From contig CAVVNF010000026.1 of assembly GCA_963749535.1 (NCBI GenBank), forward strand, positions 86,948 through 150,947: DNA of 64,000 nt, in the 5' to 3' direction. This stretch comes from an uncultured Thermoleophilia bacterium. Lineage in GTDB: Bacteria > Actinomycetota > Thermoleophilia > RBG-16-64-13. This document shows, piece after piece, positions 50,545 through 59,099 of this stretch (its first letter is position 1; every line of letters begins with the position of its first letter). Position numbers and translations under genes: made by a program. Below the pieces are notes generated by a model. That model searched no databases. It was not told the origin of the DNA and saw nothing but the letters and a program-made list of their open reading frames with translations.

Positions 50545-52422
50545 TTGAGTACCAGCTCTGCAATTAAGCGAGCCCTGGTCGGGCGCCCCATCGCTACTGC
50601 CCAGGAAGGACAGGAGCGGCTTTCCAAGAAGCTCGCGCTGCCGGTGTTCTCGGCTGACGCGATTTCGTCCACAGCCTACGCCACCGAGGAGATCCTGCTC
50701 GCCCTTATGCTGGCCGGATCCGTGGCACTTCGCTACTCGGTCTACATCTCGCTCGCTGTGGCCGCTTTGTTGGCTATCGTGGCGCTTTCCTATATGCAGA
50801 CCGTGCACGCCTACCCGAGTGGCGGCGGTTCTTACATCGTCAGCCGCGAGAACTTGGGGCTGACGCCAGGGCTCGTTGCCGCTGCTTCGTTGATGATCGA
50901 TTACGTGATGACCGTCGCGGTCAGCACGGCAGCGGGCGTGGCTGCGGTGTATTCGGCCGTACCTTCGCTCTACAACTACCGGGTGTACATCTGCGTGGGC
51001 GTGATTTTGCTGGTAGCACTAGCAAACCTGAGAGGTGTCCGGGAGTCCGGTACCCTGTTCGCGGTTCCGACTTATTTGTTCGTTCTCTTGTGTGGCGGGT
51101 TGATCATTGTAGGCATGGTGCGCTGGCTGCTAGGAGACCTGCCGCCGCTAGCGCACGCGCCGTTCCCAGCAGTTCAGGATTTGACTTTCTTTCTCATCCT
51201 TCGAGCGTTCGCCGGCGGATGCTCTGCGATGACAGGCACCGAGGCGATCTCCAACGCGGTGCCCGTCTTCAAGCCGCCGGAGAGCCGCAACGCTGCGATT
51301 ACCCTCGGTATCATGGCCTCTGTTCTCGCCTTTCTGCTGATCGGGGTGACGGGGCTTTCGCAGATCCTCCACGTCTACCCCACGGCCAACGGCAGCGATA
51401 CTGTGCTCAGCCAGGTGGCGCGCTCCGTGTTTGGGAACAGGACATTCCTCTACTTCGCTTTGCAGATAGCCACCATGGCCATCCTATTTCTGGGAGCCAA
51501 CACGAGCTACGCTGGTTTTCCGCGCCTCTCTTCGGTACTGGCGCGCGATGGTCTCATGCCCCGCCAGTTCATGAACCGCGGGGATCGCCTGGTGTTCTCC
51601 AACGGGATCATCGGGCTGACAGTAGCCGCCATCGCGGTCATCCTGGTGTTCCGTGGCCAGACACACAGCATGATTCCCCTTTACGCGGTCGGGGTGTTCA
51701 TAAGCTTCACCCTGTCCCAGTCCGGTATGGTGGTCCATTGGTTCAGGCTCAAGAACGAAGGTTGGCAGCGGCGGGCGCTCATGAATGGCGTGGGCGCGAC
51801 GCTGACCGCTGTTGTGTCCGTGGTCATCGTCATCGTCAAGTTCGTCCACGGGGCGTACCTGGTCGTGATCGCTGTGCCGATACTGGTGGGGATCTTCTAT
51901 GTGGTCCGGCGCCACTACGATCGCGTGGCCGCAGTGCTCGAGCCGCAGAACACTGTGGAGTTGGAAGAACTCGGGCGGGTCGCGGTCTCTAGGCCGCGAA
52001 CGACGGTCGTTCTCTTCGTGGCCCAGGTCAACTCGCTCACTGCACGGTCGCTCTCCCTCGCCCGGGCGCTTTCCCCGGACGATGTGCACGCAGTGACTGT
52101 CAGCAGCGACCCTGAGCGCCTCGCGCGCTTGCGGGAGACGTGGGACCAAATGAACATCGACGTCTCTCTCGAGGTCGTGGAGTCTCCCTATCGCGAGTTC
52201 ATCAAGCCGGCGGTGGCGTACGTGCGGTCGCTGAAGCCCGGTCCCGACCATACGGTGACCGTGGTCATCCCCGAATTTGTGGTGGAGCATTGGTGGGAAG
52301 CGTTCTTGCACAACCAGGATGCTCTTCGTCTCAAGGGCGCGCTCTACGTGGTTCCGTGGGTGGTGGTGATCAACATCCCCTTGCACATCTCAGCCGCCAA
52401 GACTCAGGAGCCTTCGGATTAG
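50545..52422 (+). CDS. APC-superfamily amino-acid/polyamine permease with C-terminal cytoplasmic domain
   Basis: 625 aa, 12 TM, AISSTAYATEEIL... and AYPSGGGSYIVSRENLG motifs. The conserved C-terminal domain ends VVIPEFVVEHWWE. Confidence 0.8.
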   Translation: MSTSSAIKRALVGRPIATAQEGQERLSKKLALPVFSADAISSTAYATEEILLALMLAGSVALRYSVYISLAVAALLAIVALSYMQTVHAYPSGGGSYIVSRENLGLTPGLVAAASLMIDYVMTVAVSTAAGVAAVYSAVPSLYNYRVYICVGVILLVALANLRGVRESGTLFAVPTYLFVLLCGGLIIVGMVRWLLGDLPPLAHAPFPAVQDLTFFLILRAFAGGCSAMTGTEAISNAVPVFKPPESRNAAITLGIMASVLAFLLIGVTGLSQILHVYPTANGSDTVLSQVARSVFGNRTFLYFALQIATMAILFLGANTSYAGFPRLSSVLARDGLMPRQFMNRGDRLVFSNGIIGLTVAAIAVILVFRGQTHSMIPLYAVGVFISFTLSQSGMVVHWFRLKNEGWQRRALMNGVGATLTAVVSVVIVIVKFVHGAYLVVIAVPILVGIFYVVRRHYDRVAAVLEPQNTVELEELGRVAVSRPRTTVVLFVAQVNSLTARSLSLARALSPDDVHAVTVSSDPERLARLRETWDQMNIDVSLEVVESPYREFIKPAVAYVRSLKPGPDHTVTVVIPEFVVEHWWEAFLHNQDALRLKGALYVVPWVVVINIPLHISAAKTQEPSD

Positions 52423-52500
52423 CAGACTGCTGAGGATCTACTCGCCGATGGCGCGAGAGGCGCAGGCTAGGTACTCTAAGCTGCTATCCTCACCGAGCGT

Positions 52501-52534
52501 TTGACAGATTCCAGTTTGGCCCATAAGATAGCTG
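52501..52534 (+). promoter_or_regulatory. Candidate promoter TTGACA-N17-TAAGAT for groES
   Basis: Hexamers read at 52501-52506 and ~52524-52529, immediately upstream of CIRCE. Confidence 0.45.
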
Positions 52535-52538
52535 GTGG

Positions 52539-52565
52539 TTGGCACTCGGCAGCAGAGAGTGCCAA
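52539..52565 (+). promoter_or_regulatory. CIRCE (HrcA operator) inverted repeat
   Basis: TTGGCACTC-N9-GAGTGCCAA, a close match to the CIRCE consensus TTAGCACTC-N9-GAGTGCTAA, ~80 nt upstream of groES. Confidence 0.75.
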
Positions 52566-52645
52566 TTCTGCGTAGGAGGTTATGGTCGTTCACTCGTTGT
52601 GTATAGATGGCAAACAGCTTAAAACGCGAGACAGGAGGGTCCTGA

Positions 52646-52945
52646 ATGAAACTGGTACCACTCGAGGACAGGGTCGTGCTCAAGCTGAAGGCGAAGGAAG
52701 AAAAGACCAAGAGCGGCATCGTTCTTCCCGACACGGCCAGGGAGAAGGCGTCGGAGGCCACAGTTCTGGCGGCCGGCCCCGGGAAATATGACAACAAAGG
52801 CAAGCTGCTCCCGATGCCCGTGGAAGTCGGCGACACAGTCTTGATTCCCAAGCACGGCTACACAGAAGTCAAAGTCGACGGCGAGGACTATATGGTCATC
52901 CGGGCGTCCGACCTGTTCGGTATCGTCGGCAAATCGAAGAAGTAG
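52646..52945 (+). CDS. groES: Co-chaperonin GroES
   Basis: 99 aa: KLVPLEDRVVLKLKAKEEKTKSGIVLPDTA...VGDTVL...GIVGKSKK. Confidence 0.9.
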   Translation: MKLVPLEDRVVLKLKAKEEKTKSGIVLPDTAREKASEATVLAAGPGKYDNKGKLLPMPVEVGDTVLIPKHGYTEVKVDGEDYMVIRASDLFGIVGKSKK

Positions 52946-53139
52946 TCGCGTCTCGATCCGGCCTAGTGCCGGCGATCGACAGGTTCCAAGGAGGCTGGTT
53001 CCCGGCGAGGGATGAAGAACTGGACTCCTTGGGCTGCGCATGACCCCGGGCTGGGTCTTGTAGCTGTACTATGTTCGCGTAGCATTGTTGTGATGTCGGC
53101 GTGGACGGTGGCACGCCGGGGAGAAAGTAAGCGCGGACT

Positions 53140-54687
53140 ATGGTGACGATATCGATCGACGGCAACTCACTCACGCTCGGCGACGTCTTGACCGTGTCCC
53201 GAGGCGAAGCGGCCATCCGGCTGGCCGATGGTGCGGTGCCCCGGATCCAGGAGGCTCGCGCGTATATCGAGCGCCTGCTCGCCGAGGATGCCGTGGTGTA
53301 TGGAGTGACCACCGGCTTTGGCAAGTTCGCGGAGGTCAGAATCGCCGGCGAGGACGCGCTCCAACTGCAGCGGAATCTCATCTTCAGCCATTGCTGTGGA
53401 GTGGGGGAGCCGCTCGGGGCCGAGGAGACCCGGGCGGTCATGCTCCTCCGGGCGAACGTACTCGCCAAGGGTTATTCCGGCGCCCGACTTGTGGTGCTGC
53501 AGACTCTCATCGACATGTTGAACGCGGGGGTGCTCCCAGTGATCCCAAGCAAGGGCTCGGTGGGGGCATGTGGCGATCTGGCCCCCCTCGCTCACCTGAG
53601 CGCTGTTCTCATGGGAGAGGGCGAGGCGATCTTCGGCGGCCGGCGGATGCCAGGTGGCGAGGCCCTCAGATCCTCGGGCATCGAACCGGTCGTGCTGCGG
53701 GCCAAAGAAGGTCTGGCGCTCATCAATGGCACTCAGATGATGACCGGAGTGGGGATACTAAGCCTTCTCAAAGCCGAGAACTTGGCGAAAGCCGCCGACG
53801 TGGCCTGCGCCCTTTCGCTCGAAGCTCTTCGTGGTACCCGGACCCCATACCTCGACTTGACCCAGGCCGTGCGACCCCATCCCGGGCAGCGAGCCACCGC
53901 CAGAAATCTCCTGCGGCTTCTCGAAGCGAGTGAGATCCTCGTCGCACACGCCGGCTGTGGAAAAGTGCAGGATGCCTATTCGCTGCGGTGCGCTCCCCAG
54001 GTGCACGGAGCCGCGAAAGAAGCGCTGGCGTTCGTGCGTCGCGTGCTGGAAGTGGAAGTGAATGCGGCCACGGACAACCCTCTGGTGTTCGTCCCCGAGG
54101 AACTCGTCCTGTCGGGCGGTAACTTCCACGGGCAGCCTATTGCCCAGGCCATGGACATCCTTGCGATCGCGGTGGCCCAGATGGCCAACATCTCGGAGCG
54201 GCGGGTGGAGTGCATGATGGACCCCAGCACTTCGGATGAACTGCCCGCGTTTCTATGCCATCGAGGCGGACTGAATTCCGGCTTGATGATTGCACAGGTC
54301 ACGGCGGCGGCTCTGGTGTCTGAGAACAAGATCCTCACCCACCCAGCATGTGTGGACAGCATTCCTACTTCGGCCAATAAAGAGGACTTCGTAAGCATGG
54401 GTGCCCACGCGACTCTCAAAGCGCGCGAGGTGGTCCGTAACGTTCAGCGGGTGATCGCCATAGAATTGCTCTGTGGGGCCCAAGGACTCGAATTCCGCCG
54501 CGCCGACAGGCCTGGCAAGGGAACCGCGGCGGCATGGGCTTTCATCCGTGAATCTATACCTCCACTTGAGGAGGACCGTCCGCAGACGCCGGACATCGAG
54601 CGTCTCAGCGGTTTGATCGAGGATGGATCGCTCGTAGGATTCGTAGAGGACACCGTGGGGCCGTTGGAGTTGGCCCCCACCACCTAG
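53140..54687 (+). CDS. hutH: Histidine ammonia-lyase
   Basis: 515 aa. MIO-forming segment GSVGACGDLAPLAH, with Ala-Cys-Gly in place of the usual Ala-Ser-Gly. Confidence 0.9.
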   Translation: MVTISIDGNSLTLGDVLTVSRGEAAIRLADGAVPRIQEARAYIERLLAEDAVVYGVTTGFGKFAEVRIAGEDALQLQRNLIFSHCCGVGEPLGAEETRAVMLLRANVLAKGYSGARLVVLQTLIDMLNAGVLPVIPSKGSVGACGDLAPLAHLSAVLMGEGEAIFGGRRMPGGEALRSSGIEPVVLRAKEGLALINGTQMMTGVGILSLLKAENLAKAADVACALSLEALRGTRTPYLDLTQAVRPHPGQRATARNLLRLLEASEILVAHAGCGKVQDAYSLRCAPQVHGAAKEALAFVRRVLEVEVNAATDNPLVFVPEELVLSGGNFHGQPIAQAMDILAIAVAQMANISERRVECMMDPSTSDELPAFLCHRGGLNSGLMIAQVTAAALVSENKILTHPACVDSIPTSANKEDFVSMGAHATLKAREVVRNVQRVIAIELLCGAQGLEFRRADRPGKGTAAAWAFIRESIPPLEEDRPQTPDIERLSGLIEDGSLVGFVEDTVGPLELAPTT

Positions 54688-54697
54688 GACCGGAGCC

Positions 54698-56011
54698 ATG
54701 ATGAGCCCATTGACAATGAAGACTTCTGTTATGCCGCCGCATCCCGTAGAGGCCGACCTCGTCATCACGGGCGCGGGGGAACTTCTTACCTGTCCGGCGG
54801 AGGGGAAAGGGATCGGTCTGGTGGTCGGGGGGGCGGTGGCGGCGAAAGACGGCCGGGTCGTCTGGGTAGGACCGGCGAAGCAGCTGCGGAGCCGCGTCAC
54901 GCTCGCGGAGGGGGCCGTCATTGCCGATGCCGAGGGCCGCGTGGTGATGCCCGGACTCATCGAATGTCACACCCACCTCATCTTTGCCGGCGACCGTTCG
55001 GCGGAGTTTCAGGCGCGGATCGCCGGAGCCAGTTACCAGCAAGTGGCGCTGGCGGGGGGCGGCATCGCCAGCACCGTGCGGGCCACGCGGGCCGCGAGCG
55101 ACGAGGAACTCCGCGCGCTGGCGCTGAGCCGGCTGGGCCGACTACTCTCTCTGGGTGTGACCACGGTCGAGGCAAAGAGCGGCTACGGACTGTCTCCGGA
55201 GCAGGAGCTCCGTATCCTCGAGCTTTATGGGCAGCTCGACGTCATCCACCCGATCGACATCGTGCCCACGTTGCTCGGTGCACACGCCCTGCCGGACGAC
55301 TACCGGGGCCGGGCTGAGGCCTTCCTCGAGCTGGTGGCCACGGAGATGATCCCCGCCGTAGCGGAACGTGGCATCGCCCGCTTCTGTGACGCGTTTTGCG
55401 AGAAAGGGGCATTTTCGGCGGATCAATGCCGGTCGATACTCACCATTGCAGCCCAACACGGCCTTCGCTCCAAACTGCACGCTGATCAACTCTCTGAGGG
55501 CGGCGGGGCTGCGCTTGCCGCCGAGTTGGGCGCCGTCTCCGCGGATCACCTGGACTATGTGAGCGACGCCGGCATCGCAGCTCTGGCCAAAAGTGGTGTC
55601 ACGGCCGTGCTGCTGCCGGGTGCGGCGTTCTTCCTCGGCACCGAGCAGCTGGCGCCTGCTAGAAAGCTGCTCGATTCGGGGGTGCATGTAGCGCTCTCCA
55701 CCGATCTCAATCCCGGCTCGAGCCCCACCGAGAACCTCTGGCTTATGGCCACCATGGGTTGTTGCGCTCTCCATATGACGGCTGCGGAGGTGATCCGTGG
55801 GATCACGTGTGAGGCGGCGCGGGCCCTCGCCCTCGACAGAGAAGTGGGCAGCCTCGAGGTGGGCAAGAAGGCCGACATTCTTATCCTGGAGAGCAAGAAA
55901 CACACCGAGATCCCGTACCATTACGGCGTCAACCCCGTGGATCAGGTATTCAAAGCGGGCAAGTGCGTGTCGCTGAGAGAGCCGATGTCCAAGGTGCGGC
56001 CATGCGGTTGA
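54698..56011 (+). CDS. hutI: Imidazolonepropionase
   Basis: Amidohydrolase motifs PGLIECHTHLIFAGDR, and ...HADQL... with the KCX lysine region. Confidence 0.9.
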   Translation: MMSPLTMKTSVMPPHPVEADLVITGAGELLTCPAEGKGIGLVVGGAVAAKDGRVVWVGPAKQLRSRVTLAEGAVIADAEGRVVMPGLIECHTHLIFAGDRSAEFQARIAGASYQQVALAGGGIASTVRATRAASDEELRALALSRLGRLLSLGVTTVEAKSGYGLSPEQELRILELYGQLDVIHPIDIVPTLLGAHALPDDYRGRAEAFLELVATEMIPAVAERGIARFCDAFCEKGAFSADQCRSILTIAAQHGLRSKLHADQLSEGGGAALAAELGAVSADHLDYVSDAGIAALAKSGVTAVLLPGAAFFLGTEQLAPARKLLDSGVHVALSTDLNPGSSPTENLWLMATMGCCALHMTAAEVIRGITCEAARALALDREVGSLEVGKKADILILESKKHTEIPYHYGVNPVDQVFKAGKCVSLREPMSKVRPCG

Positions 56012-56946
56012 TGGAGTGTGTCCCGAATGTGAGCGAGGGTCGGGACCTGGGCCGGCTGCAACTGGTGGCCGAGTCAGTGGAACGAGTGCCCGGCGTCACG
56101 TTGCTGGACTGGAGCGCGGATACCGACCACAACCGTAGCGTCTTTACTTATGTCGGTGCGCCCGAGGCGGTGTTCGAAGCCACTCAGGCCTTATGCCGGG
56201 AGGCTTTGGCACTGGTCGACATGCGTCAGCATCACGGTGCTCATCCGCGGCTGGGTGCCGTGGACGTCATCCCGTTCATCCCCCTGCGCGGGGTGACCAG
56301 AGATGAGGCCATCGATATCGCCAAGAAGCTCGGCGTGTGGCTCGGAGAACAAGGCGTCCCTGTCTACTACTACCAGGACGCAGCCACGACGCCCGAGCGC
56401 GTTGCCCTGCCCGATGTGAGGCGAGGAGAATATGAGGGACTGCCCGCCCGGTTGGCGACCGAAGCCGGCCGGCCGGATGCCGGCCCGGCGGCGTTCAACG
56501 CACGGTCGGGAGCCTCTATCGTGGGAGTCAGATTCCCCCTCATTGCGTTCAACGCGAATCTCAGCACCAATGACTTGTCCGTGGCCAAGCGGATAGCCGA
56601 AGCGGTGCGGTTCTCGAGCGGCGGATACCGCCACGTTCGTGCCATGGGCGTGCCTCTTGAGAGCAAGGGACAGGTGCAGGTCTCGATGAACTTCGTGCAA
56701 TACGAGGAGACTCCCATCCACCGGGTCCTCGAGACCATCCGTTTCGAGGCGGCCCGGCACGGGGTGGAGGTCACCGGCTGCGAGCTCGTCGGTATGGCGC
56801 CCCTTGCGGCCTTCGAGGAGACCATCCGCCACTATCTGCAGCTGCATGAGTTTTCGCTCGGCCAGATCATCGAGAGTCGCCTGCTCGAGCACCAGCAACA
56901 GGCCGCGGGAGAAGGCGGGCGACAGATCGCCGAGGGGGCGCGATGA
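56002..56946 (+). CDS. ftcD: Glutamate formimidoyltransferase (FtcD formiminotransferase domain)
   Basis: MRLMECVPNVSEGRD N-terminus characteristic of formiminotransferase; about 315 aa. It overlaps the hutI 3' end. Confidence 0.85.
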   Translation: MRLMECVPNVSEGRDLGRLQLVAESVERVPGVTLLDWSADTDHNRSVFTYVGAPEAVFEATQALCREALALVDMRQHHGAHPRLGAVDVIPFIPLRGVTRDEAIDIAKKLGVWLGEQGVPVYYYQDAATTPERVALPDVRRGEYEGLPARLATEAGRPDAGPAAFNARSGASIVGVRFPLIAFNANLSTNDLSVAKRIAEAVRFSSGGYRHVRAMGVPLESKGQVQVSMNFVQYEETPIHRVLETIRFEAARHGVEVTGCELVGMAPLAAFEETIRHYLQLHEFSLGQIIESRLLEHQQQAAGEGGRQIAEGAR

Positions 56947-58967
56947 ACCCGGAACGCGACGCTGAGTCGGCCACGCGGCCGCTCATAGTGTCCCTCCCTG
57001 ACGAATTGCCGCCGACGTCCCGATTCCGGGAGGACATTCGGCGCGCTCCTGACCGCGGGCATACCTTGTCGCGCGAGCAAACCGTGACTGCGCTCAAGAA
57101 CGCCCTGCGCTACGTGCCCGTGTCCCTCCACGACAGTCTGGCCCCCGAGTTCCACGCAGAGCTTAAAGAGAGGGGCCGGATCTACGGTTATCGCTACCGC
57201 CCGGAAGGTCCCATCAAAGCGAAACCTATCGGCGAATACCGCGGCATCTTGGAAGCGCGGGCGCTCCAGCTCAACATCGACAACAACTTGGACTTCGACG
57301 TCGCGCTCTATCCGTACGAGCTGGTCACCTATGGCGAGACCGGCCAGGTATTCCAGAACTGGATGCAATACCGTCTGGTCAAGCAATACCTCGAGCAGAT
57401 GACGGAGACACAGACGCTCGTGGTCTCCTCGGGACATCCCGTGGGCCTGTTCCCCACCCACCGCGACGCCCCGCGGGTGATCAACACCAACGCACTCATG
57501 GTGGGCGAGTTCGACAATGCGAAAGACTTTCACGAAGCCGCCCAGATGGGTGTGGCGAACTATGGGCAGATGACTGCCGGGGGCTGGATGTATATCGGGC
57601 CCCAGGGCATCGTGCACGGCACCTACCTGACGCTCCTCAACGCAGGGCGCCTGTATTTGGGGATTCCCAAGGATCAAAATCTTGCCGGCGTTCTCTATCT
57701 GAGCTCCGGCCTGGGCGGGATGAGTGGGGCGCAGCCCAAAGCGGCCGACATCGCGGGGGCGGTAAGTATAGTCGCCGAGGTCGACGCATCGCGGATCGAG
57801 ACTCGGGTAAGCCAGGGCTGGGTCAAGCGGGTGACGGCCGATCTTGGCCAGGCCTTCGCCTGGGTGGAGGAAGCCCGATCCGCTGGGACGCCTCTTTCCA
57901 TCGCTTATCACGGTAATGTGGTAGATCTTTGGCAATACGCGTTGGATCACGCCATCCCCGTCCAACTCGCCTCGGATCAGACCTCCTGCCACGCCGCCTA
58001 CGAGGGCGGCTACGTGCCGCAGGGACTGAGCTTCGACGAGTCGCGGGAGCTCTTGTCGCGGGATCCCGGCGAGTACGCGCGCCGGGTGGACGCGTCGCTA
58101 CGCAAACAGATCGAGCTCATCGGCCAGATGGTAGACCGCGGCACCCACTTCTGGGACTACGGCAACAGCTTCCTCAAGGCGGCCTTCGAGGCCGGCGCCG
58201 TGGAGATCGCCCGGAATGGGGTCGACACCAAGTCCGGGTTTGTCTTCCCCTCGTACGTGGAGCACATCATGGGCCCGTTATGCTTCGACTGCGGGTACGG
58301 GCCCTTCCGCTGGGTATGTACCACTCTCGACCCCGCGGACCTGGCGAGGACCGACGCCGCGGCGATGACCTGCATCGACCCGGAGCGCTCGTGGCAGGAC
58401 CGGGACAACTATTGTTGGGTACGGGACGCGCAGGAGAACAAGCTGGTGGTGGGGTCTCAGGCTCGGATCCTCTACGCCGATGCCGAAGGACGTGTCCGTA
58501 TCGCTCTCAAGTTCAACGACATGGTGCGCAACGGTGAGATCGGCCCGGTGACCATCGGGCGTGACCACCACGACGTGGCCGGTACCGACTCCCCCTATCG
58601 GGAGACCGCCAACATCTACGACGGCTCCAACGTCATGGCCGACATGGCCTTCCACTGCTGGGCCGGCAACGCCGCGCGGGGCATGACCCTCGTGGTGGCC
58701 TCCAACGGTGGGGGCGTGGGGATCGGCCGGGCGATAAACACCGGCTTCGGATTGGTGCTGGACGGGTCCGAACGAGTGGATGCGATCATCCGGTCCGCGG
58801 TGGAGTGGGATGTGATGGGTGGCGTCGCTCGTCGTGCCTGGGCGCGGAATAGGCCCGCGCTGGAAACTGCTGCGGCGTGGAATGAAACGAACGCCGGGCG
58901 CGGGCTGATCACCATACCCAGTCTTGTGCAGGATGGTTTGGTGGAGGGCGTCGTCGAGGAAGCCTGA
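56943..58967 (+). CDS. hutU: Urocanate hydratase (long form)
   Basis: 674 aa with urocanase blocks (GGWMYIGPQGIVHGTY, LSSGLGGMSGAQPKA, GRDHHDVAGTDSPYRETAN). Confidence 0.9.
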   Translation: MNPERDAESATRPLIVSLPDELPPTSRFREDIRRAPDRGHTLSREQTVTALKNALRYVPVSLHDSLAPEFHAELKERGRIYGYRYRPEGPIKAKPIGEYRGILEARALQLNIDNNLDFDVALYPYELVTYGETGQVFQNWMQYRLVKQYLEQMTETQTLVVSSGHPVGLFPTHRDAPRVINTNALMVGEFDNAKDFHEAAQMGVANYGQMTAGGWMYIGPQGIVHGTYLTLLNAGRLYLGIPKDQNLAGVLYLSSGLGGMSGAQPKAADIAGAVSIVAEVDASRIETRVSQGWVKRVTADLGQAFAWVEEARSAGTPLSIAYHGNVVDLWQYALDHAIPVQLASDQTSCHAAYEGGYVPQGLSFDESRELLSRDPGEYARRVDASLRKQIELIGQMVDRGTHFWDYGNSFLKAAFEAGAVEIARNGVDTKSGFVFPSYVEHIMGPLCFDCGYGPFRWVCTTLDPADLARTDAAAMTCIDPERSWQDRDNYCWVRDAQENKLVVGSQARILYADAEGRVRIALKFNDMVRNGEIGPVTIGRDHHDVAGTDSPYRETANIYDGSNVMADMAFHCWAGNAARGMTLVVASNGGGVGIGRAINTGFGLVLDGSERVDAIIRSAVEWDVMGGVARRAWARNRPALETAAAWNETNAGRGLITIPSLVQDGLVEGVVEEA

Positions 58968-59099
58968 CCGTGCGGGTAGCCCGCTCGCCGTTCTCGTGTT
59001 GCCCGGGGTGCGGCGACGCCGGCTCTGCGGCTCAGACGGATCGCTTAAGGTCGCGGCTCCGTGCTGGCTTCCGAGCCTGCGCCGGCCGCGATATCCACT

